From an uncultured Muribaculaceae bacterium (GTDB taxonomy: Bacteria; Bacteroidota; Bacteroidia; Bacteroidales; Muribaculaceae), in NCBI GenBank assembly GCA_934590135.1, contig CAKTOT010000001.1, positions 25,477 through 89,476 on the forward strand: a DNA stretch of 64,000 nt, read 5' to 3'. Numbering within the stretch: position 1 is the first letter of the stretch; every line of letters begins with the position of its first letter. The notes beneath the pieces were generated by a model. That model saw nothing but the letters and a program-made list of their open reading frames with translations, ran no database searches and had not been told where the DNA came from. Below are positions 44,272 to 53,685 of this stretch, piece after piece. The translations under genes were made by a program, and so were the position numbers.

Positions 44272-45960
44272 ATGAAGATACGACACATCCTGATGGCGTC
44301 GGCGGCGATTCTGGCTATGGCCGGTGTCGCCTTTGCCGGCGTACGCGGTGGCAAGGGAGCCGCGCATTTCTCCAAATCGGACATCTCGCAAAATCTCAAG
44401 CTGTTTAACAGCATTTATAAAGAGTTGACGATGAATTATGTGGATACGTTGGACGCTAAGGCGACCATGCGTACCGCCATAGACGCTCTGCTCGGGCAAA
44501 TAGACCCGTATACCGAGTATTTCAGCATCGATGAGCGCGACGATATCACATCGGTGACCACGGGCGAGTACGCCGGCATAGGCTCGGTGATACAACGCCG
44601 TGACAGCGTGGTGGTGCTGACGGCGCCATCGTGGAATTCGCCGGCGCGTCGTGCCGGCGTGCGCCACGGGGACGTGCTGATAAGCATTGACGGCGACAGC
44701 GTAACCCCGGCAATGGACATCACGGAGGTGAGCCGCCGCCTCAAGGGCCGTCCCGGTACGGATGTGCGGCTACGGCTGCGTCGTCCGTGGGTGGGCGCGG
44801 ACAGCATCCTGGATATTACGGTGACGCGAGGTACCATAACCATCGACCCGCTACCCTATTACGGATATATCGGCGATGGTATGGGATATATAGACATCAC
44901 TACTTTCAACGAGAAGACCGGCACGGAGGTGCGCAATGCAGTGGCGACGCTCAAGCGCGACCCGCGGGTCAAGAGTCTTGTGCTCGATTTGCGTGACAAC
45001 GGCGGCGGCATCGTCGACGGCGCCGTGCAGATTGTGTCCAATTTCGTGCCCAAGGGTACGGAGGTGCTGACCATTCGCGGTCGCGAAGCTCGCAACCGCC
45101 GCACCTACAAGACCACTCAGGCGCCGCAGGACACCAAGATCCCGTTGGTGATATTGGTCAATGAAGGTACTGCCAGTGCGGCCGAAATTGTTACCGGAGC
45201 GCTCCAAGACCTTGACCGCGCCGTCATTGTAGGCCGCCGTACGTTCGGCAAAGGCTTGGTACAGAATGTGCGCCCGTTGCCGTACGATGGTTTGGTTAAG
45301 ATTACCACCGGACGCTATTATATACCCAGCGGCCGCCTTATCCAAGCCATAGATTACGGTCATCGCAACGACGACGGCTCGGTGGCACGCATACCCGATT
45401 CACTGACAACGGTATACCATACGGCGGCGGGACGCGAGGTGCGTGACGGCGGCGGTATTTCGCCCGATACGACGGTGACGCTGCCCGAAAGCAGCCGTCT
45501 GCTATATACGCTCTACAACAACTTCGTAATCGACAATTTTGCCAATCGCTACGCCAACACCCATCCCGAGGTTCCGTCTGACACTCTGGACTGGCATCCG
45601 GATAGCACGCTTTTTGATGATTTCAAGGCTTTTGTAGACCCGGCCAAGCTCAAGTATGACTCGCCGTATGCGGCCGGTATCAAGTATCTGCGTGATGCCG
45701 CACGTGTCGAGGACTATTTGACGCCGGAGGTGAAGTCCGCGCTTGACAGCCTCGAAAATATGCTTAAGCCCGACTTGTCGCGCGACATTGAGCGTCGTCG
45801 GGTTCAGATTATGGAAATACTTGAGGACGAGATTGCCGCTCGCTATTTCAGTACGCGCGACCTCTCGGCACGCGCCGTCAAGGACGACCCGGATGTTGCG
45901 GCGGCACGCGCCATACTTACTGATATGCGCCGATATAACGCCATATTGCGCAAAAAGTAA
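44272..45960 (+). CDS. Carboxy-terminal processing protease (peptidase S41A) with PDZ domain
   Basis: VILVNEGTASAAEIVTGALQDLDRAVIVGRRTFGKGLVQ (catalytic Ser/Lys region). PDZ segment GVRHGDVLISIDG. Confidence 0.9.
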   Translation: MKIRHILMASAAILAMAGVAFAGVRGGKGAAHFSKSDISQNLKLFNSIYKELTMNYVDTLDAKATMRTAIDALLGQIDPYTEYFSIDERDDITSVTTGEYAGIGSVIQRRDSVVVLTAPSWNSPARRAGVRHGDVLISIDGDSVTPAMDITEVSRRLKGRPGTDVRLRLRRPWVGADSILDITVTRGTITIDPLPYYGYIGDGMGYIDITTFNEKTGTEVRNAVATLKRDPRVKSLVLDLRDNGGGIVDGAVQIVSNFVPKGTEVLTIRGREARNRRTYKTTQAPQDTKIPLVILVNEGTASAAEIVTGALQDLDRAVIVGRRTFGKGLVQNVRPLPYDGLVKITTGRYYIPSGRLIQAIDYGHRNDDGSVARIPDSLTTVYHTAAGREVRDGGGISPDTTVTLPESSRLLYTLYNNFVIDNFANRYANTHPEVPSDTLDWHPDSTLFDDFKAFVDPAKLKYDSPYAAGIKYLRDAARVEDYLTPEVKSALDSLENMLKPDLSRDIERRRVQIMEILEDEIAARYFSTRDLSARAVKDDPDVAAARAILTDMRRYNAILRKK

Positions 45961-48900
45961 TGAAGACGAAAGCAGTCACATCCACCGTCGGTGGCGATAC
46001 GCCGCTGGCGGTTGTCAGTGCAGCCTTTGCCGCCGGACGGTCCGAGGCGCTCAAGGCTCTGTCGCATCGTCGCCGCAGCGTCCTCTATGGCGTCAGCGGC
46101 AGTGCCGCCGCGATGGCTCTGGCTGCATTGCCGGCCGGCCGTAAGGCGCTCACCGCGTTGGTGATAGGCGCCGATAGCGATGATGCGGCGTGCCTGTATG
46201 GCGACTTGTGTCGCGTCTCCGGCGACGAGGCCGTGGCCATACTTCCTTCGGGCTATCGCCGCAGCATCAAGTACGGACAGGAAGACGAGGCTTCGCGCAT
46301 ACTGCGCACGCAGACGCTTACGCGCTTGCTCGGCGAGGAAGGCTCGCATCGCTCGCCGCTGCGCTTCATTGTATCCTATCCCGAAGCTTTGGCCGAGCGC
46401 GTGGCGTCGCGCGACGAAGTCGACAGCCATACCGTCAATCTTCGTGTGGGACAAAGTATCGACCCGAAGACATTGCTGCAGACGCTGTTGGACAACGGCT
46501 TCAGCAAAGTTGATTACGTCTATATACCCGGGCAGGCGGCCATGCGCGGTGGCATCCTCGATGTCTTCGGCTTCAATGACGAGCGACCTGTGCGCATCGA
46601 CTTCTTCGGCGACGATATCGATAGCATTCGCTTTTTTGACGTGGAGACACAATTGTCCGATGACAAGATAGATAGTGTGTCCATAGCCGCCGATGTCACT
46701 CGACTGGCCAAGGCCAGTCCCTCGCTGCTTGAATTTGTGGACGAGAAGACACTGGTGGCCGTGCGTGCCGGTATAGACGTCTGCGCACGCGTGCGTGCAG
46801 TGGCCGCTTCGGACATCGCCGTCAATGCCCTTATGGCCTCTAACGAGGACGGAATGACCATCGCGGATATACGCGCCGACATAGTTGACGCCGATGCCTT
46901 TGCCGAGCGTTATGACGCCATGCGCCGCATGACGCTGTGCGCCGCGCCCGACCCGGCCTCGACGGACGCCGAGAAGTCGACGGACACTTCGGCCTCGGAA
47001 AGCGGCGGCAAAACATTCCCGGCCACTCTGGACCTGCATTGCTCGCCGCAGGGTATATATCATAAGAATTTTGAACTGATAGCCAAGTCTTTGGGCGACT
47101 TTGCCCAAAAGGGTTACAAAATATACATCCTCAGTGACAGCGCTCGTCAGATACAGCGACTGCGCGACATCTTTGCCGACCGTGGCGATGAAATAGCCTT
47201 CGGCGGTGTCGAAGGCACGTTGCACGAGGGATTTGTAGACCATGAGCATAAGGCGTGCGTATTCACCGACCACCAGATTTTTGACCGTTTTCATAAGTAT
47301 ACTTTGCGCAGCGAGCGTGCACGCAGCGGCCGCGTTGCGCTGTCGCTCAAGGAATTGGGTGCAATACGCCCCGGCGATTATATAGTGCACGTAGATCATG
47401 GCGTGGGCCGCTTTGCCGGGCTACTGCGCACCAATGTCAACGGGCATACACAGGAGATGATTAAGCTTGTCTACCAAAACGAGGATATCGTCTTTGTGTC
47501 CATCCACGCGCTGCACAAGCTGTCCAAATATCGTGGTCAGGAAGGCGAGGCGCCCAAACTGAACAAGCTTGGCTCGGGAGCGTGGAATCGCATAAAAGAA
47601 CGCACCAAAAGTCGCCTGAAAGATATAGCTCGCGACCTTATACGTCTGTATGCGGCGCGTAAGGATCAGCAAGGATATGCCTTTGCGCCGGACAGTTATA
47701 TGCAGAACGAGCTCGAAGCATCGTTTGTCTACGAAGACACACCGGACCAGATTACGGCAACGCAGGCTGTCAAAGCCGATATGGAAAGTCCGCGGCCTAT
47801 GGACCGCCTGATATGCGGCGACGTAGGTTTCGGCAAAACCGAGATAGCCATACGTGCGGCCTTCAAGGCGGCTGTAGACGGCAAGCAGACCGCCATACTG
47901 GTGCCCACTACCGTCTTGGCATACCAGCACTATAATACGTTCAAGGAGCGCCTTAAGGAGTTCCCGGTACGTGTCGAATATCTGTCGCGCGCTCGCTCGG
48001 CCAAGGACACCAAGGCCATACTTGCCGACCTCGCCGATGGAAAAATCGATATTGTCATCGGTACGCACAAGCTCATCGGCAAGACCGTGCATTTCCACGA
48101 CTTGGGATTGCTGATCATAGATGAGGAACAAAAGTTCGGCGTCGCCGTCAAGGAACGCCTCAAGCAGATGAAAGTGTCGGTGGATACGCTCACCATGAGC
48201 GCCACGCCCATACCGCGTACGCTGCAATTCTCGCTTATGGGAGCACGCGACCTTTCGTCGCTGACCACTCCGCCGGCCAACCGTTACCCCATAGTCACAA
48301 ATGTGGATACGCTCAGCGATGACTTGCTGTTCGAGGCCATAGGCTTCGAACTGGCACGCGGAGGCCAGGTATTCATTATCAATAACCGCATCGAAGGACT
48401 ATACCGACTGCAAAATATGGTGAGCCGCCTTGTCCCGGATGCCCGTTCGGTGGTTGCACACGGGCAGATGCCGCCCGAAGCGCTCGAGAAGGCCATTATC
48501 GACTTCTCCAATCACGACTACGACATCCTGATAGCTACGACTATTGTCGAATCGGGTATCGATATGCCAAATGTCAATACCATCATAGTCAATAATGCGC
48601 AAAACTTCGGGCTGAGCGAGTTGCACCAGTTGCGTGGACGCGTGGGCCGCAGTAGCCGTAAGGCCTTCTGCTACCTACTTGTGCCGCCGGATGCCGAACT
48701 CACCGGCGTGGCACGTCGTCGACTGCAAGCCATAGAGAGTTTCAGCGACTTAGGCAGCGGAATACATATAGCTATGCAGGACCTGGACATTCGCGGTGCC
48801 GGCAACCTCCTGGGCGCTGAGCAAAGTGGATTTATCGCCGACTTGGGCTACGAAACCTACCAAAAGATACTGAAAGAAGCTGTTACCGAATTGCGTACGC

Positions 48901-49436
48901 AGGAATTTGCGGACACGATGACGGCGTCCACGGATACCGTCGGCGACGGCGCCACGGGCGCCGATGACTTCGTAGCCGACACCACGGTGGAGAGCGATCT
49001 CGAGTTGCTGCTGCCTGCCGACTATGTGCCGCAGGAATCCGAGCGCATAAGCCTGTACCGCGAATTGGACAGCATCGAGCGTCAGGACGACCTCGAGGCC
49101 TTTGCCGCACGACTTGTCGACCGCTTCGGCCCCATTCCGGCGGTGGCTCGCGAGTTGCTCCTCGTTCCGCGTCTGCGTCGCGATGCACGGCGCTTGGGCA
49201 TCGAAAAAGTGGTGCTGAAAAACGGCAAGATGTATACCTATTTTGTGGATGCCTCCAATGTTGCCTATTATCAATCGGCAATGTTCGGCCGTATGCTCAG
49301 CTATCTCAACCTCAACAGCCGCCGAGTGCATATACGCGAAAATGCCGGACGCCGCTCCTTTGTCATTGATGCCGTCCCGACGGTACATGACGCCGTCTCG
49401 GCGCTCGAAACAGCCCTCACCCTCCCCGTATCCTGA
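45960..49436 (+). CDS. mfd: Transcription-repair coupling factor Mfd
   Basis: 1158 aa. Helicase motifs LICGDVGFGKTE and LIIDEEQKFG. The RNAP-interacting segment GDYIVHVDHGVGRF and TRG-type motif region are present. The ATG overlaps the previous TAA by 1 nt. Confidence 0.95.
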   Translation: MKTKAVTSTVGGDTPLAVVSAAFAAGRSEALKALSHRRRSVLYGVSGSAAAMALAALPAGRKALTALVIGADSDDAACLYGDLCRVSGDEAVAILPSGYRRSIKYGQEDEASRILRTQTLTRLLGEEGSHRSPLRFIVSYPEALAERVASRDEVDSHTVNLRVGQSIDPKTLLQTLLDNGFSKVDYVYIPGQAAMRGGILDVFGFNDERPVRIDFFGDDIDSIRFFDVETQLSDDKIDSVSIAADVTRLAKASPSLLEFVDEKTLVAVRAGIDVCARVRAVAASDIAVNALMASNEDGMTIADIRADIVDADAFAERYDAMRRMTLCAAPDPASTDAEKSTDTSASESGGKTFPATLDLHCSPQGIYHKNFELIAKSLGDFAQKGYKIYILSDSARQIQRLRDIFADRGDEIAFGGVEGTLHEGFVDHEHKACVFTDHQIFDRFHKYTLRSERARSGRVALSLKELGAIRPGDYIVHVDHGVGRFAGLLRTNVNGHTQEMIKLVYQNEDIVFVSIHALHKLSKYRGQEGEAPKLNKLGSGAWNRIKERTKSRLKDIARDLIRLYAARKDQQGYAFAPDSYMQNELEASFVYEDTPDQITATQAVKADMESPRPMDRLICGDVGFGKTEIAIRAAFKAAVDGKQTAILVPTTVLAYQHYNTFKERLKEFPVRVEYLSRARSAKDTKAILADLADGKIDIVIGTHKLIGKTVHFHDLGLLIIDEEQKFGVAVKERLKQMKVSVDTLTMSATPIPRTLQFSLMGARDLSSLTTPPANRYPIVTNVDTLSDDLLFEAIGFELARGGQVFIINNRIEGLYRLQNMVSRLVPDARSVVAHGQMPPEALEKAIIDFSNHDYDILIATTIVESGIDMPNVNTIIVNNAQNFGLSELHQLRGRVGRSSRKAFCYLLVPPDAELTGVARRRLQAIESFSDLGSGIHIAMQDLDIRGAGNLLGAEQSGFIADLGYETYQKILKEAVTELRTQEFADTMTASTDTVGDGATGADDFVADTTVESDLELLLPADYVPQESERISLYRELDSIERQDDLEAFAARLVDRFGPIPAVARELLLVPRLRRDARRLGIEKVVLKNGKMYTYFVDASNVAYYQSAMFGRMLSYLNLNSRRVHIRENAGRRSFVIDAVPTVHDAVSALETALTLPVS

Positions 49437-49449
49437 CCGCAAAGACACC

Positions 49450-49477
49450 CTCGCCGTGGTAGAGCATTCTCGGCGAG
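49450..49477. terminator. Weak 7-bp hairpin between convergent genes
   Basis: CTCGCCG (49450-49456) pairs with CGGCGAG (49471-49477), with a 14-nt loop. Confidence 0.25.
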
Positions 49478-50089
49478 TTACTTGAAATTGATTAGCGGGA
49501 AGAATAGGTCGCGGCGCAACAAAATGTCTGCAATGATGCCAATGCCTATATCGGAGTCACATTTATTAAGGTTGATTACAGCATCCTTAGCGGCTTGTGT
49601 GATGTGAATAAAGAGTTTGTAGTAATCCTTGAACGGTAATAATATCAAGTAGTGTCGTCCGTTGGCACTGTTTATAAGCAGATAAGATATAAGCGTTTCA
49701 GCTTGGGGTTGGAACTGGCCTAAGACCCATTCGGCATCACCGTCTTTGCCAAGGAAATTCAAGCATCTATACTCATTGTCGTTGTAGGAGGAGTAGGTGC
49801 CGCCTTCCGATTTGTTGGATGTGGACGAAGATGCAAGGCAGTTGTTTTTACTGTCGTATAAACGTAGCGAGAAAATATGCGAGGAACTATTAGACGCATG
49901 TGTACCATACATCAGGCGTATCTCACCGTCAAATTGGTAGGTACTGTCGTATGTCTTTGTGTCATCTACCCGTGGAATAATTGTCGCCTGAATTGTTTCT
50001 TGGGCCAATTTTGCATCCGAATGGCCAAATCCGAAGCATAGTAGAGCGATGAATATAAGCCCTTTTTGTATGGAAAAAAAATCTCGCAT
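49478..50089 (-). CDS. Hypothetical secreted protein in a conspicuously AT-rich segment
   Basis: Signal-like MRDFFSIQKGLIFIALLCFGFGHS. No family recognised. The codon and base composition is visibly AT-richer than the neighbouring genes. Confidence 0.45.
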   Translation of the reverse strand: MRDFFSIQKGLIFIALLCFGFGHSDAKLAQETIQATIIPRVDDTKTYDSTYQFDGEIRLMYGTHASNSSSHIFSLRLYDSKNNCLASSSTSNKSEGGTYSSYNDNEYRCLNFLGKDGDAEWVLGQFQPQAETLISYLLINSANGRHYLILLPFKDYYKLFIHITQAAKDAVINLNKCDSDIGIGIIADILLRRDLFFPLINFK

Positions 50090-50185
50090 TGTATTATATT
50101 GTATTATATAGTGATGAATGTCCGAGGTGTGGAACGATGTGTATCTGTAACTATGACGGTATCAGGTCAATCACTCGGCGATATG

Positions 50186-51001
50186 TCAGCGGGCACGGAC
50201 AACCAGCCAATTTGTTTGGTAGATGGAGCGCACGGCAAAGAGCAGGCGAGCCGGAGCACCGGCATTGGCGCGGAACCATCCGTAATTCCAGCCCATACCC
50301 ATATCAAGATACAGGGCATGGCGTACGCCGATGTGCAACAATGCAGACATAAAGGTATCCATCGTGACCGGGTAACGGCATTGGATGATGCTGAACCCTT
50401 GGGAGGATTTGATGCCCTTGGCTTTGGCTGCATCATCGTCGAAGATGCATACTGCGCGATAGATGTTTTTGTAATTGCTGAATATCGGATGGTCGTTGTA
50501 GACGTTCGTGCCGTTATATACCAAGAGCATTTGTTGGAACAGGTTGCCGCCGGCGGCCTCGGCGCGGCGAGACAGCGTTTCAAGGCTGTCCGTGGGCGCG
50601 ATGATGACGTGCGTGTCGTCGCTGTACAGCAGACCGGTGTTTGCTTCGCACCGGTATCCGTGGCGAAGTCTTCCGCGGCTTACGTAGTCGCCGGCAACGT
50701 TGGCGACGTTGAAGCTCTCCTTCTTTTCACCGGTGAAGGCTGCTTCGACACACAAGCAAATTCGGGGGTCGTCAATACTCGGAATCATCGAGTCTACCAA
50801 CTCGACGGAGCTTCCGGATGTGTTGATGTCCAGTCGCAAAAAGCTTTTGCCGTCCACATCGATGATAGACTGAGAGACTATGGAATCGGCGACACCGGAA
50901 GCATCGGTGCCGTCAGTAGGTCCTGTGTGTGAACAAGCGGCAGCGAATGCCGTCAAGCATGCGATCTGTATGCCGATCGCGCATAGGTGTAGAAGTTTCA
51001 T
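50186..51001 (-). CDS. Lipoprotein, phosphodiester glycosidase (NAGPA/DUF2233)-like
   Basis: Lipobox LTAFAAAC. C-terminal RAVCIFDDD ... TMDTFMSALLHIGVRHALYLDMGMGWNYGW resembles the AL-N-LDGG end of the family. This is a by-eye call. Confidence 0.45.
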   Translation of the reverse strand: MKLLHLCAIGIQIACLTAFAAACSHTGPTDGTDASGVADSIVSQSIIDVDGKSFLRLDINTSGSSVELVDSMIPSIDDPRICLCVEAAFTGEKKESFNVANVAGDYVSRGRLRHGYRCEANTGLLYSDDTHVIIAPTDSLETLSRRAEAAGGNLFQQMLLVYNGTNVYNDHPIFSNYKNIYRAVCIFDDDAAKAKGIKSSQGFSIIQCRYPVTMDTFMSALLHIGVRHALYLDMGMGWNYGWFRANAGAPARLLFAVRSIYQTNWLVVRAR

Positions 51002-51139
51002 TCGTTAGGGATAGTAGTCTTGTCCGATATGTCAATCTGTTCAGATGTTTGAAAAAACAGGTTGTTATTAAGGTTTGTAATTCTTTAAGGGAGAAAATGC
51101 AGCCGGGCGTCGAATGTCGATGACGGTCATTTCCCGACG

Positions 51140-51147
51140 CAAAATTA
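51140..51147 (-). promoter_or_regulatory. Candidate -7 box (TAATTTTG)
   Basis: Exact TAnnTTTG match 139 nt upstream of the ATG at 51001. Confidence 0.35.
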
Positions 51148-51284
51148 AGCAATAATTCCGAAATGACAATGCTGCGAGGTAAGATATTTGTGGCAAGACG
51201 TCTATCGGCTCAAATCGTTAACTGAATGCACTCCAAACTGAAATGAGTCGGCCGTGAAGTGCGGGGCTTACGACAGGACAGACA

Positions 51285-51995
51285 CTACCATTCGGTCGGC
51301 AGCATCTCGAAGGGCGATATTATTTTGACCTTCTGTCCCCGGACTTTGACATAGATTCGCCCCAGACCATCCTTGTTTTGGGGATGGGCGTAGATGCCGT
51401 CAGAGTATTCGTAGCCGGATTTTTTCATAGATTCAACGAATTTATCCACATCATCGCGGCTTGCAAAATTGATGGTAAGCAACTGGTCTTCACCGCTCAA
51501 AAATGCGATATTCGTAGACCCATTCGGCTCTTGGCGATGGGCTGTCATAAAAACAAAAGGCGTCATCTCGTCGACATCCGCCGGACGTTCGAACCGCTTG
51601 ACGGTGAAGCCGAGCGACTTCAGTACCTCACCGGCCTTAGCTCGAAATCCTACGCCCATATTTCCGTCAAGCACTTCGACCAGTGCATACTGAGTCAGAG
51701 GCGCGACAGATGATGCCTCATTCGCCTCCGCCGAGGCCGGTGACAGCTCGGCACCGATGTCCGATAGACTTGCCGTAAGGCCCTCGCTTCGGTCAGCCGC
51801 AGCGTCAGCCTTAGACGCTGTTGTTTCAGAGGACGTCTCATCCGTAGCGTCTGCACTCTTATCCGCCTTGTCTGCGGAGTTGCATCCGCCGGCCAATACC
51901 GCGATGACGATAGAGGCAAGTGTAAGTGCCTTCTTGTAAATCAAACCGTAAGACCTTTGTCGTGTATTGTGCGTTTCGTCTGATTGCTTTTTCAT
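51285..51995 (-). CDS. Hypothetical lipoprotein with a low-complexity acidic/Ser-Ala linker
   Basis: The ATG at 51995 gives MKKQSDETHNTRQRSYGLIYKKALTLASIVIAVLAGGC (lipobox). Confidence 0.55.
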   Translation of the reverse strand: MKKQSDETHNTRQRSYGLIYKKALTLASIVIAVLAGGCNSADKADKSADATDETSSETTASKADAAADRSEGLTASLSDIGAELSPASAEANEASSVAPLTQYALVEVLDGNMGVGFRAKAGEVLKSLGFTVKRFERPADVDEMTPFVFMTAHRQEPNGSTNIAFLSGEDQLLTINFASRDDVDKFVESMKKSGYEYSDGIYAHPQNKDGLGRIYVKVRGQKVKIISPFEMLPTEW

Positions 51996-52112
51996 TTTAC
52001 TAAGTTGTGGGTAAGGTGTTGTGACTATTCGAGTAGAAGTGTTGTGATGCTCTTGGCTAATGATAAGATGTCGTTTATTAATGTTATCGGAGAGTTTCTT
52101 GTAATTCGAAGG

Positions 52113-52120
52113 CAAAGTTA
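52113..52120 (-). promoter_or_regulatory. Candidate -7 box (TAACTTTG)
   Basis: Exact TAnnTTTG match 118 nt upstream of the ATG at 51995. Confidence 0.35.
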
Positions 52121-52229
52121 CAACTTATTGATGAATAGAGCAACTCATTGTTTCATAGTTATATAAATTTTTGTCAGGAATGCTTCGTCCGTCATTGTCA
52201 CGGATGAAATCCGAGACAACGAGGGTGGT

Positions 52230-53180
52230 TTAGAAGCGGGCGGTGAGGGCGAAGCCGGCGCAGCGGGTGCCCAGCATGGGGGAGATCGTCAGCGAGGGGG
52301 TGTCGGCACGGGCGGCGGCTTTTTCGCGAGCAACGCGGCGCGCCGGGTTGCGGTCAAGGAATCCGACGAATTCGTTGACCGGATCAACAAGAAATGCTAC
52401 GATATTTCCTAAGATGGACGAGCCCCAAAGGGTGTAGTTGCGGTCTACGATATGGCGCTTGATGCGGTAGAAGCCTTCGCCGATGCAACTGCCTACGAGC
52501 GGCGTCACAAACAGGTCTTGTATCGACGGCCGTTCCATGAATGCTTCGATGCCGTATTCCCATCCGACATTGGATACGAGGGTGCAGTAAAGCAGTGATT
52601 GCCAGAAGTTGAAGCCGCACGAGCGTGCCGCCATAAAGTACACGCCTCCGGCGTAGGGGTGCAGTATGTAGTTGAAGTAGAACTTGTCGTGGTCCCATTC
52701 GACGCCCTTGTCTATGACGTGGTTGTACCAGCGCTTGAACAGCGGAACGTCTTGCAATTCGGCGCGATTCCATGAGGTGGCGTCCTCGGGCAGACATTCC
52801 AGCACCAACAGCGTGCCCACAAAGGCCGAACCGAGTGCGATAGTGTTGTACCACAGTCGCTTCCAGTCGTGCGAGCGTGCCGTCCATGACGCAGGCATCT
52901 CGTAGAGGCTCACCGGTCCGGGATGTGCGCCGAGGCTCGGATTCCAGTTGCAGACGATGCTGTCAAGTTGTAGTGGCGGCAGCGGCGCGGCGCTCGAGAC
53001 ATTCCATTGTAAATCCGCCAATTCGGATGCCGCAACGGCTGCCGATACCGCGGTTTTGACCGTGGTGCCGTCAGCGATTTCGCTGCCGACGGTGTTGTCG
53101 GCGGTTTCGTCGGCGTGTGTCATCGGCGCGACAGCGAGGAATATGGCCGATAGAATTATGCGAGATAAAGGTCTAATCAT
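52230..53180 (-). CDS. Secreted/membrane protein, DUF3943-like
   Basis: The ATG at 53180 gives MIRPLSRIILSAIFLAVAPMTHA. FYFNYILHPYAGGVYFMAARSCGFNFWQSLLYCTLVSNVGWEYGIEAF resembles DUF3943 as I remember it. Not verified. Confidence 0.45.
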   Translation of the reverse strand: MIRPLSRIILSAIFLAVAPMTHADETADNTVGSEIADGTTVKTAVSAAVAASELADLQWNVSSAAPLPPLQLDSIVCNWNPSLGAHPGPVSLYEMPASWTARSHDWKRLWYNTIALGSAFVGTLLVLECLPEDATSWNRAELQDVPLFKRWYNHVIDKGVEWDHDKFYFNYILHPYAGGVYFMAARSCGFNFWQSLLYCTLVSNVGWEYGIEAFMERPSIQDLFVTPLVGSCIGEGFYRIKRHIVDRNYTLWGSSILGNIVAFLVDPVNEFVGFLDRNPARRVAREKAAARADTPSLTISPMLGTRCAGFALTARF

Positions 53181-53337
53181 TCGGTGTGGTGTGTCAAAAA
53201 GCGGTTGTCGCCGTAGTATCTGTTGTTGTAGAATCTGTTGTAGTGCGTCTTGGGCGTAAAAGCATCGACGATAATACCCGGGGGCGCGTAGCGTATTGTA
53301 TCGTATTATGAGTCGATGTATGGCCGAAATGACACGG

Positions 53338-53345
53338 CAAAGGTA
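53338..53345 (-). promoter_or_regulatory. Candidate -7 box (TACCTTTG)
   Basis: Exact TAnnTTTG match 158 nt upstream of the ATG at 53180. Confidence 0.35.
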
Positions 53346-53592
53346 CGCCTTTTCAGGTATAACAAAAAAATGAGAAAAGCGTTTTTCGACTTTTAGCCCA
53401 ACAATTGCCCCATTTTGGCAAATATTAGCGTCTATGACCAACCGGTGTCCAGATTGTATGCGACTCTTTGTGCGAAAAACAAATTTGCAGCTTGACGGCG
53501 GAGCGAACAGCTCGTATTTCGATAAAACATAAAAAAACAAAATGACAGGCATATAAGATCCTCCGAATGGCGTATATAAGCAATTTTATTGC

Positions 53593-53600
53593 TAAATTTG
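53593..53600 (+). promoter_or_regulatory. Candidate -7 box (TAAATTTG)
   Basis: Exact TAnnTTTG match 86 nt upstream of the ATG at 53686. Confidence 0.4.
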
Positions 53601-53685
53601 CGTTATGATAGAAGGGAAGTAGGCTCCGAAGCGAATTTCGGTGTCAACTTCGTCGGGCATATAACCAACCACACCACTCACTATC

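Noticed and set aside
45843-47399. 518-aa minus-strand ORF
   Set aside because: It lies entirely antisense to the well-supported mfd gene. Its translation has no recognisable motifs and an antisense-type composition.
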